A stretch of 64,000 nt of DNA from Ptychomitrium polyphyllum (taxonomy: Eukaryota), in contig OZ316776.1 in NCBI GenBank assembly GCA_973851085.1, positions 9,610,001 to 9,674,000 of the forward strand, given 5' to 3'. Positions within the stretch are counted from its first letter, which is position 1, and each line of letters starts with the position of its first letter. Of this stretch, positions 17,772-30,816 are shown in pieces. The notes under the pieces are model-generated. The model did no database searches. It had not been told where the DNA came from and was given only the letters and a program-made list of their open reading frames with translations. The translations under genes and the position numbers were made by a program.

Positions 17772-20700
17772 TTAATTATCACTGAAAGTACACTGACGGA
17801 TTGCGTCCTTCATGCTTTCCCGGTCAAGTGCCGTTTGCACCAACACCTGACAAAGAACCAAAAAGCACAAGAACCAAGTAAGTTAATTTTTGAAGAGTAA
17901 GATATTGATTACACCCTGATTGGCACCCTACTGTCAGCATGTGACTACTGAACCAGCTATCCTACTACTTAACCCTTCAACGAAGGTTAAATTGAATTCT
18001 TAAAATGATCTCTGTAGGCACAGGCAGAAACGGACACGAACCTCTTGAACTTGGTTCCCAGATCTGGCAAGGAGCTTGAAGCCATCATCAAGTTGACCAG
18101 ACAAATACACTTGAAATGTAGGAGCCAGGGCATTTCCTTGGATTCGACGACCTAGTAGGACTCTGTCGATGCCCTTGTAAGCCTCTAGCCTTTGAGTCAC
18201 CCCAATTAGCTCTGGCATTACAGTTCTCTGCAATCAGAAAATACCCAATTAGTTGTCCAGAAAATATACCAAAAGGTTATGTGACATATGAAACATGAAA
18301 CTGCGTATGCAAGAGAAACATCAAACAGATAAAATCATAATTCATAAAACAACTTGATGACACACTAAGAATACAACAACACCAAATACACGATATACTA
18401 CAGGTGGGAAATTACAATGAAAAAGAAACTACTGTGGCCCACAACAATCATGTCCAAGGTGGTTGTAAGCTACGGTGCAATATTTCAAGGTGGTCAAATG
18501 TGTCACTGAAAACATGGAAAAATAGATACCACTGTCGTCTCCGATAATTATCATGGACCACAGTCTATGGTGTAATTAGTTTCTGTGGTTTTTGTGTACC
18601 TCATTGTCGTCTACAGCTCCATCACTAATCGCAGGCCCTCGTAAATCAAGAGACTCAAGTGTCTCCCGCAACGGATCCGGCTGTCACCCACACAAGTCAT
18701 AGCTTGATCAAACTGAACAAATTTTAGTGTCCAGAAAAGTAACTGCTTTAAAAGGGATTAGCAAGGAACTTGGACAATGCCGGAGCCGGGAAGAATCCTT
18801 GCCTGCATTTGCTTCAGAGAAAGACTGATACGCTGCAGGTATCGGTCAAGCCTGCAAACCTTTACCTCTACCTCCTGCCCAACACTTAAAATTGCCGAAG
18901 GATCTGTGACTCGATTCCACGAAAGCTCTGAGATATGAATAAGAGCAGGAACGCCTTCTAACTGTTTTACAACAGAAACATAGTAGTGTAAACATCAGTG
19001 AAAAGGCGTATGGAATTGTTTTGGACAATAGCCATTGGAATTTTAAGGTAGCCCTTACACATTACCAACATAAGTAAATCTTTTTAAAATTACCAGAAAC
19101 AACCACATCCGTGCCAATTCCATACAATCAAAATTAACATAATCCAGCTGATGAACTTTTGTAGATGTCAACCTGAAGAGTTCATAATTACCTCTACAAA
19201 AGCACCAAAGTTGGTGACTTTCTTGATTGTGCACTTGACAACATCCCCAACATTCAGACTTGTCTGTAAAGACAGAATCAACTATCAATACCAATCTCAT
19301 TTCAGGGTTAACAATTAAGAAAAACTCAGCATGACGAAGGCAAAGATTTTCGTCGCAAAAAATGATCAACTGTCACTTAACTATTTTCATAAAATACTTC
19401 CAGACGGTTAAGAACAAAAAACTTCCTTCATAGTATGATCGTATTGGTGGATAAACATTGAAAATCTAGATAAGATGCGCAGCGTGAACTGACCATGAGC
19501 TGCGCCTTTTTTTGAGCTAACTCCTGACCTTCACCTTCTGCCTCTTTTTCTGAAAACCGCAGTTGATTACGTTCACGCTCTACTGCAACAACCACCACCT
19601 TTGCCGTCTGCACATGAACATTCAGTGAGTTCCAAGAAGACAACATGTGGAGGAGTCCATACAAGTAGCTAAAACAATTGTAGTTAACTAGATCCAAGTG
19701 ATTCTAGTGCCACACTATCCTGACTAGCCAGTTATTTTACCCCTGATGCTGAGACGGTCAGAAGTCAAAGCCATATCTGTAGGATTTATAAATAAGTTTA
19801 TTCATTATGATTTTTTTTTAAAGCAAAGTTACTAAATTGACCAGACACTTGGAAGCTGGATACAGATAAAGGAAGGGTGGTTCGTGTGTTAAGGAATAAC
19901 CTCTCCAACAAGAACTGACAAAAGGTCAGTGCGCGCTTTTGAATAGAGATCTAACAATCTTTTGTACTCTTCATCAGCACCACCTGTTCTTTCTGTTCCC
20001 TCGGAGCCTTTAGAATCGTCTGCCGGTTCATCGGTCTCAGATGCAACTGATGATTTCAACTTCCTATTAATTACAAAACCATTTTCCTGTGCCCAAGTCG
20101 AAAACGAAGGTGGCCTTCTTCGACTGGAAAGCTCATAGGAAGGCAAAAATCCCATAAGTGATCCAAAGTTCGCCTGTGAAAGACAATCACAAATAAGAGA
20201 AAACGTTTGAGTTTTCAAACGAAAAGTTGGATTATCCTCAGTGTAAAATCGAGAAGCAGAGCAATTATTTGGTTTTATAAAGATACCGTATTCAACAACG
20301 CTACCCTCCCATATAGACTCTGTTGCAGTTGCATCATATTGAATTGATCAAAAGATTTCAACCCAATAGCAGTAAAAATTTGAGATCAAATTTTACCAGC
20401 ATGCCATTTGCAATAGCCCGAGCGAAGACAACTTCCTCCACTGTCCTGGACTCCCGCAATGCCTGTGCACGAGCCCAATCCTGATCTTCCTCTTCCTGCA
20501 AGTTAAAGAACATTGATTCGTGTTGTAAGCGTCAAGGCTTTCTTTCATATAACAGTCCTAACAGTTAACGTTCGAATAATAACCAGTCAATGTTCTTAAT
20601 AAGACGGCTCGAGGTGACAGATTTTAGACAATAGAAATATTAGAACAGTGGGTCAATCGCAAAAAAATAAAATTGTTTATAAATTATTTAGTTGTTTTCA

Positions 20701-23700
20701 ACTACAGGCAAATTTTTCACTGCAATCTCAAAATCAATCATCAGCTCAATATCTACTTTCATTACCCTATTAGGTAGGGTAGAACAGGGCAAACCCTTTA
20801 CCTTAGATAGTACCCTTTTATCAGAAATAATTGTGCCAGCAACAACCCGAGGAGGCTTCGGACTCGGTGCAGCTGGACGAGAGGTAGAACGTTGTTGCAT
20901 GCTTAGTTCAGCAGGATCAGGTGAGGTTTCAGGAGCTGGGGGTGGAATGGGCCGTTGTCGCAATCTACAAGAACGAAGTCCCCACGATAATGAACCATTT
21001 ACAAGTACTAAGAACATTTAAAATAGAAACAGAATCTCTATACGAACAGTGAAGTCAAGATCTAACACACTGCAAGAACCGATCTGTTCATAAACATAAA
21101 AGTTATCCATTCAATGATGATAAATCCTTGAAAAATATCAAATGTGACAAAAAATGTCTCATCAAATAAAAACAACAACAACCAGATCCAATTTCCAGCC
21201 ACTATGCTTGCAACAGTTTCCTGCCTGTATCCCATGATTCTCTATGTTAAACAGATAGCACCAGAATCCCTTAGGAAACTGCCACATTTCTTGCAACCGC
21301 ATAATTAAACGTATTAATATCCTCCTGCGAGAAGGTGATACTAGTATGATGATTAAACTTACTCAGCTTTTCGTCGTTGGAGCAACTGGTCAAACTCTTT
21401 CTCAGAGGGCGCTTGTGTTGCAATGTTTGGTAAAGCAGCTTCACTGCGCGTGACAGCAGCCTTCACTTCATCCGACCACCCTGCCAACCTATCATCTACA
21501 GATGATACAGAATCAACAATTTTCGATTTGAGAGTTTCGGGAACAGCCTGGGGGAACCGTATTGGAGGCCTCACAGGAGAAATACGACTGGCTTTCTTCA
21601 CAAGCCTCAAAATGGATTGCTCTGGATCAGATTGTGTGTCGTCTGGTTTTGCCAACCCTGCTGTTGGTTCTTCATCAAGTCCGCTCAAGTTAATGCCTAG
21701 CTCAGCATCTGCAGACGTTTGGGAACCAAGATCAAAAAGCACGAATCTGATTCGGAAGGTAGGGTGACAACCACAGAATCCACAAACATGACCAGGTACA
21801 GCCGTTATACGTGAGATGCACATACCATAATCAGTTGGCTCTGCGTTCTCCTCAAACGTGGCAGTATCCAGTTCGGCAGCTGCAGGGTCAAGGGGTGCCT
21901 TCGGTAGATCATTGGATGAGATAGATATCAACCCATCCTCGCTTGCAGCTTCTCTACTTTCATCAGTCTCAAGGGGTCGTTTAGTAATCAACACTGGCTT
22001 GAGGCCGAGCCTAGGTTTTCTTTTCGGTGTGTTAAGCTTATTTGATGAAGTGGAGGTCTCAGAAGGCACATCCTGCTAGACCCGAATACGGATGTCATTT
22101 GCTCCTTGCTCAGGAATATTCGAATGACAACAAGCAATCAGAATAGAGAAAAGAGCACTCTCACAATGGAAGTCCAGCCTCCCAAAAGTTTAGATAATAG
22201 AATCTGAAACACTAACATGCTATAGTTAAATTGGCTAAGATAGTACTGCCTACAAAATCAACAGAAGAAAATGCTTTGGGACTTGCAAAGGGTTGATACG
22301 AAGTTGTCACCTGATCTTCTCTAGCTGAACCCGCAAGCTCCAGCAGCTTAGCAAACCGCTCCTCAGAAATATCTGAAGAACGACTAGCCGGAACCTGACC
22401 TGGGCTGTCCAACAACCTTTTACTGGACTTTGCTTGTAAGGGTTTGCCAGTTAGTAACGGCACATTCTGATCTTCAATAATCGCAGGTTCCACTTCACTA
22501 TATAAAATACCTGAATTTTCAAGCGCCACACTCTTCTCTTCAGGAGTGGGTTTTCTCAGCAAACTGTCATCTGCAGATTCTACTGCTTTCTTGGATTTAC
22601 CTATCAACATTGAGGGAACAGCGTCATTTTTGGGCCAAGAAGATTTGATAGAATCCGGAGAAGGGATTGCTGGTTTCTGGACAAGACCCATATAATCCCC
22701 TTCTTCTACTTTCTTTTCTTTACCAATCAACATAGGGGGAACAGGGTCGATTTTCGGCCATGAGGGCTTGTAAGAATCCGGAGAAGAAATAAGCGGTTTC
22801 TGGACAAGATTCGAATAATCATCTTCCTTTGCTGATGGCTTGTTTGCTTGGGCTGCAAATCCGCCAGGTCCAAAAGTTACTATAGGTACGTCTTTCTTTG
22901 TTTGGGCTGCCGAGCTTGACTTGGCAGAGTTGACTGAGGGCGTCCTTCGCGGGGCCTAAACCAAACGTCTTATGTAAATTATCATTGAAGGCTACAGGTT
23001 AGTTCTAGAAAACCTGGCTATTACGAACTCTGAAAGGAAAAGAATTCATAAAAAATTAAAATTAGAATTCATATGAAAACCAGGACCAACCCAGTCCACA
23101 ACTTTCACATGGAAAAGCAAGATGCATGATGAGAGTGACAAGAAGAGCATTCACTTGAATATGGTGATGACTAAAATTGAAAATCTCGAGTGATTTGGCG
23201 GCCTGATGTTACAATGCCTTCACCATAACACAAATAGTTTGATTCATTCCTTTACTTTCAGAGGGAAGATAACGTTGTAGCAGGGAAGTTACGAACCTGA
23301 GGCAGTGGCTGGCCCGGCCGTAACGGTGGCTTGACAAGGCCTGGAAGGTTCTCACTGCTCTGTAAGGCCGGCTTCTCTGGCTTATAAACACCCATAGGTG
23401 GCTGCGCATTCGGCCTTCCTTCCTGATCCAATAACCTGGAGAATTCGGCTTCAGAAAGTTTACTTGACGAAGAACTCTGGATTTTCTTAATAAGTTTTTT
23501 CTCAATATCAATGCAGGATGCGTCTGGGTTTACTTTTCGCCCCATGACCTGCGGTGAAAAGTCACCTGCAACTCAGTTACAGTACTTGATACCAAACATG
23601 TCAACAAGTGACCACCATTGATCCACTCCTGTTGCTCAAACTAAAAAATTAACATTACTCTTAGCAGCAGGTGCAGAAAAGTGCTTTGAACATTCCAGGC

Positions 23701-25754
23701 ATTCATTTTACCACCCAAAACAGCGACGTTGATTGTTCAGGTTCGTTAACACTCACTCAAAAATGTTGGAAGGCTAATGTCCTTACTACCGCTACCTGTT
23801 CTTACAATCAAACTTGCACAAGTCTGTTCTACCGTGAACATTTCAATAGCGTAACAGGGAATTTCGATATAGGCTTGAATTCAAAGACTCCACGAAAACA
23901 AAAACCAAAAGTATTTCTAAAACATAGATACGACACCCTCCCGCAAATCAAGAAGGAAAACTAAAATAAACAAAGAACTGCACCACACTCTAACCTTGAG
24001 AAGCCTAAAGGTGCAATTATATTATAATGCAAAAGAATCTATCAGAAGGGGCCTTGTGAACTGAGTTGCCTTCAGATGACATTCCATTGGAAAACTACCA
24101 TCAATATACACCCAAAAAACTGAACCGAGAATGTCCGCAACAGCTTATCAACTGCAATACCGTTGACGAGAGCATTCTAAAAGACACGATAAAATTTGGC
24201 CCATCTTCGCTTCTCCAAACACTAAATTATGAAAATAAACGCGACTTTCATAGTCCTCATTTGACTTACTTAGCTCAATTGATTCCCACTAATGTTCTTT
24301 CACAAGTATTCTCGACCAACGAAAAGGTGAAAGTTGGTTCCCTATGACTTCTAGACATCTTCGTTGATTTCAAATCTGGTGCAACCTAACAAAAATTTCT
24401 TGAGTCTTTGAAATGGAATTTTGCGGCTCATCTGTCAAGAATGATAGAAATGGCCACAAACGTCACAAGAAGGACACTCTTCTTCACACTTTCGAACACT
24501 GGCATGCTCCTTTATATAATTTTCCTCACTTCAATGGATTGTGTAACAAGGATGCTTCCACCACCTACCTTGTGACGACCATCCTTTCCAAAACCCACGA
24601 ATGCATCTAAAAGCGTTCTTGTAACTGTCGTATGCAGATCGTTTTTCTAGCTTCGGAATCGCCTGTGACGGGTAGTGAAATCCTAATCTACCCAAATCTC
24701 CATGTCACCGTTGATATGAAAACGCATGCCGTAATTGTATTCAAGGACAACCTTGTGACGGGATACACTAATTGCAATGGAGGTTTGAAAGGCTGCACTT
24801 TTTGACATACAAATTCACAAACATGCTGGACAAAGTGTACACAAACATCCGAAACGGAGGTCATAGGAAGAAGGGAAACCTTGGCCAAAGTGGCCTGGCG
24901 AGGCTCCCCAAGCAGCTTTCCAAACTCGAGCTCCATCAAATCATTTCCATCAAACTTCAACTCAGGCCTTTCACTCTCGCCACCCTTTCCTGCCTCCTTC
25001 TTGCGGCCCACGGCCATCACCCTCACAATGCAAGTCCTCTGAGTCCCCCAATGGCATCGTCTCCGCCATGCCAGCAACCCTAAAGTTCTCCCGCCGAATC
25101 TATTACCAGCACCCACCTGGTACACAAATATTGCAAATTACACAAACATTAACACAAAACTCTAGGTTTCTGGCTCAAAACTGCAAATGCCACCAGTGCC
25201 GACCCTCCAGATCTATCACAAAAACATAGTTTCAAGGAAACACTTTCATAATCATTTGCAAAATTCTGACACATGGAAAATTCATCTGAAACGAACTGAA
25301 GATGTAAGACGGGTCCAGGTAGCCTAATTTCCAATCACTAAACCTACAAGGAAAGATAACAACTGAATTTTTGTAAGTCACTGAGGATTTCCAAGATGAC
25401 AAGAATACTACACTCCTATCATATTCTGGAAACTCCCATGACTTCTTCATTTCCAATTCCACTCCACGAGAATTTCAAACACCCTCTCACCAACTTGAAG
25501 AACAATTTCCAAAACCTTGCTCAAACGATACAACTCTCCACTGTCGCTCAACACCAACAGACCCTATCTCAGAAGAGCTAAAGCAAAGCAAGGTAAAGCC
25601 ACTTCAAATGAGAATGCGAAGAGCAATCAACTGAGGACCCAGCAACAGCAAACCCGGAAGTAAATTACAACACCAAGTTCACCATCGAACCACCCAACCG
25701 CACCGTGAGCCCACGAGCAGACGGGCACTGGAGACTGAAAGTGGGCAGCGCCAT
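17772..25754 (-). CDS. S1-domain (OB-fold) RNA-binding protein, probably plastid-targeted; from memory resembles the Arabidopsis At1g12800/SDP family
   Basis: Exon 1 25754-25704 MALPTFSLQCPSARGLT; exon 2 25116-24880 ends DLMELEFGKLLGEPRQATLAK; then VMGRKVNPDASCIDIEK and a low-complexity linker; DWARAQAL; GFLPSYELS; S1 repeat LNVGDVVKCTIKKVTNFGAFVE-LEGVPALIHISELSW...VGQEVEVKVCRLD...RISLSLKQ; C-terminus ALAPTFQVYL...KLLARSGNQVQEVLVQTALDRESMKDAIRQCTFSDN* (TAA 17774-17772). Confidence 0.88.
18681..18802 (-). other. GC-AG intron in the S1 gene
   Basis: SLKQMQ (ATGCAG) is followed by gcaagg; acceptor tgacag precedes PDPLRETLE. The join is in frame. Confidence 0.75.
22585..22822 (-). repeat. Coding tandem duplication, 41 aa (123 bp) x2, in the S1 protein linker
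   Basis: DYSNLVQKPLISSPDSYKPSWPKIDPVPPMLIGKEKKVEEG / DYMGLVQKPAIPSPDSIKSSWPKNDAVPSMLIGKSKKAVE. Confidence 0.9.
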
Positions 25755-26182
25755 GATGCTCCAGCCTCGTCCGCATCAACCGAGCTCCTCCCTCAACCAC
25801 AAAACCCGAACTCCCAGTGCACAGCCGCACTCTCCGCCTTCATGAGAGGAATCGGACTTCGTAACTCCTGCAACCCAATCCACGTAGTTGCTACTCCTAC
25901 CGCTTGCGCATCCGCACCGTCACTCTGCAATCTGAAACTGGGTGAGCGAGGAGAGTGTGTGACGGAAATCTGGTGATTGCAGGGCTACAGCGAGAGACTA
26001 CAATCCGGTGGTGTTGGCATGGGTTGGTTGTGGATTCGTGAGGATTCCTTCCCCGTGTGGGCACCCAACTGCCCTGTTGTGATGAACCTCGCAGCGCACG
26101 AGCTCTGGCTCCCCAGCCCACCTGGATAATCCTCCGCTTCGCTTTCCCCACCTCCGGTCCTCTACCACCGTCTCTTTTCTTT
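25112..26182 (-). repeat. Copy A of a duplicated 5' gene module (upstream/5'UTR + exon 1 + intron 1 of the S1 gene), homologous to 49126-50058
   Basis: Seven colinear near-identical anchors with copy B (listed in findings). Confidence 0.9.
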
Positions 26183-27528
26183 ATTGGGGTAGCATTTCCT
26201 TTTCCGGGCTCCGTTTCTTTTCATGGTTCCTTTCCTCTGGCGACAAGTGCATGGAGGGAAGCACACTGGAGTGACCTGAACTTGGAGGGAACCAACGTTG
26301 ATGGCCCACTAGACGTTCTTGTCCCCATGCTGCTCGCGATCAACACACACTTGTAAGAAATTGGTTTCCAATCCTGTCTAAATCTGAACACCACCTGTGT
26401 GGGCAGAGGTCTTGCACCAAGCTAGCGCCGTTCTCTTGCCGGCCAGATGGATGGCATGAGTGGACCGAAGGAAAAACCTCATCTGAAATGGAATACAGCG
26501 CAAGATAAGCCTCGCATACTCCTTCGCAGCCACGTTCTAGAGTCTTGGCGGCCTTACAACGACGTAGATGCCCTTTCCGTTTCCAGCAAATTACTATGCG
26601 GAAGATTGACATGTCAGATCATGCCGTTTGAGAGTGGCGATGTGGAGATTACTCTGTGCTCGAGAGTTGACCACCAACAACCGGGTCGTCGACAACTACA
26701 TTCAACATGCAGTCTACTACACGCATTTGTTAACAAAAGAGTTGCCAAAACCGATGGATTGGTTTCAGTTGACGAACATACTGGTACTGTGTTGAAGCAC
26801 CAATGATCCAAAGTGTGATTTTTCAAAGAGCACCAGATAGGATTAAACGTTGTGTGACGAAACAGAGCTTCAACGACCTGATTTCACCTTACAGGCTACA
26901 ATGTTATGCACGACTGGTGGCGATGGAAACTGGTGTCGATTTTAATCCGATTTAATCAATTTAGTCCATCCAATCGACTAAAACATCCGTGCTTAATTGC
27001 TGTCAAGTCTCTTTATTAACATGTACAGATTACGATAGGGGGGAGGGAAAGGAAGGCGTGAGGACCACGGGTCATAATACACAAGCGGCTCTGCAAGGCA
27101 GCTCCGACGCAGTTGAACTAATTCGTCGCTGCTAATCAAAACTCTACGGTCTGAGGGTTAGATCCCCCGAATTTCTCAGTCGCGCCTGGTGATTAACTGG
27201 AACGGGCTTGTATCAACCTGGCCAAGCCTCTAGTTTAATTTCCAACCTTCAAGATGGATTCTAAGGAACAATACATGAGTTCAAGAGACTAATACTAAGT
27301 ACGAACTGCTAGAGATCAGTGCATGTGAAGTTCCATTTCTTATTTTCAGCATGCTACGAAAAAATTGGGTTCAGCTGTGGCAGGGATGAGTAGGCAAACC
27401 TTGCAATTTTCAAAGTTTGCAAGCCACTTTGCGAAATTCAGCTATATACTCAAAGTGAGCAAGTTGTTGCCCACAGATGATGGCAGTTCCCTATAAAATA
27501 CACAACTAACAGGATTTGTGTTGGCATG

Positions 27529-30500
27529 TCAGATGTTAGGATATTGTTGTCGGAGGAGCCGACGGGTGGACTGCTTTACTCCATCCTGCTGGTTCACATT
27601 CTCCGTCGACTCACAGATGCAACCTGGGAAAGGATTAGCGTAAAAATTCTCCTCCAGTTTCGGAGATTCCCCAGCCTCCCGCTGGTGTGGAGCACCGATC
27701 CTGTCCTTGTGAATGTTGCCAACTTCTCTTTGAAACTCCGCCCAAGATATGTTTCTGTTCTCGTATTCATCAACCAGCTTCACTAAACTTACCCTGCCGT
27801 GGCAAAACAGACCAAACTCAGCACCCGGAGCATTCACTTCCTCCAATTCACCCCACTTTTAGCAGAGAGATCTAGAATTCTTAAGAATTCATTAGATCAT
27901 CAGTGAACTAGTTAAAAACGGAATATTTCAAAAAGATATACTGTGAGCTGCACACACCTATCGGGATTGATTGTCCTCCGGTAGCCCTCAAACTGGCGAT
28001 GTCCTTGCACAGCTTTAGCCATGTTTCCATCATAGGTGTACACAAACACATCGCTCTCTAGTGCCAGGATGTAGTCCAACGCCGCCAAGCGGTTCTGAAA
28101 GTCCTTGAGAGGAGCCAGTTCAGCTTCGGTAGCAAGGGTCCTGTGGTCGTAAACATTCGGGAATATCTTCTTCAGTGCGTCCATAGTTCCGTTTCCATAA
28201 ATCTCCCCTGCCACGATGTAGATCTTCGTGGAAGGAGGATACCCCAATGCTTTGAGAAATAGCCCAGTCTCATGGGGTGTGGACGGACAGCCGCCTTGAT
28301 TCCGTTTCAGCTCGCTGTCAATCTCTTTTTCTTTCCAGTGAGGAACTGATAGCCTCATCTGCCGAAGCTCGTCCCCTTCTCCAGTCGACAATCCGTGCGC
28401 GCAGCCCGTGAATGCCAACATATCCTTCTCATATCTGCAGAAATACAATTAAAACTTTTCGTTTATTACTATCCAAAGTTTCCAACACGAAAGCTCAAAT
28501 GAGTACATATAACCATCTGAGGTAGTTTTTTAGATAAATTTTTAAGAACTATTACCGAAGGTGAAGGGCGATGTAGGGACTGCCGTCACTTATTCGGTTA
28601 ATGAGCGTGTCAGCAAGTATGCGAATAGGCTTAGCATACTTGAGGGCAACATAGTTCGACCGACAACGAAGGCGTTGAATCTCAGCAGGCAAGTCGTTGT
28701 TTGCTAACCGCGAGTCAGCATGAGTGAAGGAAAGCACCTTGTGCTGCTTGAGTAGGCCAAATAACTCCTCCTGGTAATATGGTGCCTGAAGAGAAGGAAG
28801 TTCCATTGTGAGTTAAGTACCTACGATACAAAGAGCTCACTTCAAGTAGCCATCATATCATGCACATGGAAATACACACAACCAGGTAGAACACAAGCAC
28901 GTAGAAGGGATAAGATTTGAAGGACCTACCTTGGACCAAGAGATGGGTGCTTTCATCATAGGTTCAATACCAGCCACAGAAGCTGGCAGGGCCTCAATAA
29001 TGCGTACATCTTCTAGGAGTGACTCGATAAAATGTCGAACATCAAATATATCCATAAATTCACTGTTTCAGGCAACACAAGCAAATTCATGCACCGACAG
29101 TTTGTGGAATGAGATCCAAGAACCGATGAACTCATACTAATAGACATTATATAGTCAAATAGAATCAGAATACTTCAACTTAAAATAGGCACGACGTGTC
29201 TATCGAAATTCCTACGTAGGATTTTTATTTGTGCTTACAGAAGAATGCCAATAAAGCAGTTGAAGTGGAGTGTGTACCTAGGATCGGCCCAGAAGGAGCT
29301 ATGATCAAGAACAGGCACCACTAGCGTCGCATTCATCAACCTGGCAACTGCCACCATGTCGCAAATCTGCAAAATCGGCATAATTAACAGGAATTTACAT
29401 AGGAATCACTAAATAAGTACACGTAAATTACCCTACCCACCTTGCAATCGCAAAATATAATCTTTAGTGTTCCGTTCATGGATGTAATGGTGAAATACAT
29501 AACCGACGTGGAATCAAAATTGAGAAACCACGTACCCCTGCTCGCATTTGATTGAGCCCGCCATTAGCATTGACTAAAAGATATCCATTGGTGTGATTAC
29601 CAGGATCTGCATGTCCAAGCATTTATCAGAAAAAGGACACCATATACTTCATACAGGAGACGTTGCTTCATTTAAAAAATTTGATGGAACGCTTCATAAC
29701 TAGTGAACTCTCGTAATCATATACACGTACGTTTGTAAGTCCTGGGGCGGTCTATGCATTGTTGATAATTATCGCTGTTAGGGTTTGCCCACAAATGACT
29801 GCCCTGAGAGCTTCCACCCTGTACCAATTCAGGGATCAAGGAACGTAATTTACAGCCTGAGTTAAAGGGATTAAAACAGTCTCGAAAAAGCAGCAAACGC
29901 TGAATGGAACGTCCGATATAAAGAGTGACCGAATATACCTGAGTTGGATTTATAGGCAACCCAGATGGCAATGGTAAAGATTTGGTGTCTTTATATACTT
30001 GTGATACAAGCTCAGATCGAGCCTCATTCGACTCAACTTTCACAGCTTGAAGTATCAATTTAGTATCATCTGGCACCTGCAAAGCTCTCCACTATTAATA
30101 TTCACCAGAATCACCCTCCCACATGAATCGCGGGTAAAGAAACCGAACAGCTGTCAATTCGTAAAGTACGCAGCAAAAAAATCCAGTGATGTGATTGATC
30201 GTCTGATAGAAAATCAATGAAATTCCAGGAAACGTGGAGGCAAGAATTCGAATAAAAGTGTCCTACTGCTCAATGTAACGAATATCAGCGTCCTAATAAT
30301 GAGTCCGCAAAGGAGTGTATATACCGTAGGGGAGGAAGCGGACTGAGTTTGCACGGCGAGCCATCCCAGCGAGGAGATCTTGACAAGAAGGAACATGAAG
30401 ACGAGGAAAGCGAAGATAGAGAAAGCAGAATGACTGGAGCCCTTCTTTCGTTGCACACTAAATTGCCGAGCAAGTCCTGCAACGTAGGATATACAAACGT

Positions 30501-30816
30501 CGTTCAGGGCACCCGGTTGCTCCACGTTCATGCTTTTGCTACTGGGAAGCGAGTGAAAATCGCCGTTTCCAGGATCTCCAGCCATGACCTCCTCAGCGTA
30601 AGCGTCATCACTCTTAAACAGATCGAAGATCGCACATGGTTCCGTTTCTCCAAATTTCTTCGAAGTTATTTTCCGGTTCAGTGGAGATTTCGGACCTCCC
30701 ATTCTAGGACTTAACAGCACATGAGTTACATCCCGAGATTCGGCACTAGCATTCTGACCCCACAGGGCCATCTCACCTTTAGAATCCCCAGCGTCAGCCA
30801 GCCTTGCATTCAGCAT
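27529..30816 (-). CDS. GT106 / O-fucosyltransferase-family (DUF246) Golgi glycosyltransferase, FRB1-like clade
   Basis: TM anchor [100 protein letters not shown]...[72 protein letters not shown]. Confidence 0.93.

Noticed and set aside
26250..26830. Moderately GC-rich segment with several short ORFs, faintly resembling an F-box-associated domain (SYKCVLI)
   Set aside because: No recognisable motif series; similarity is at chance level by eye.
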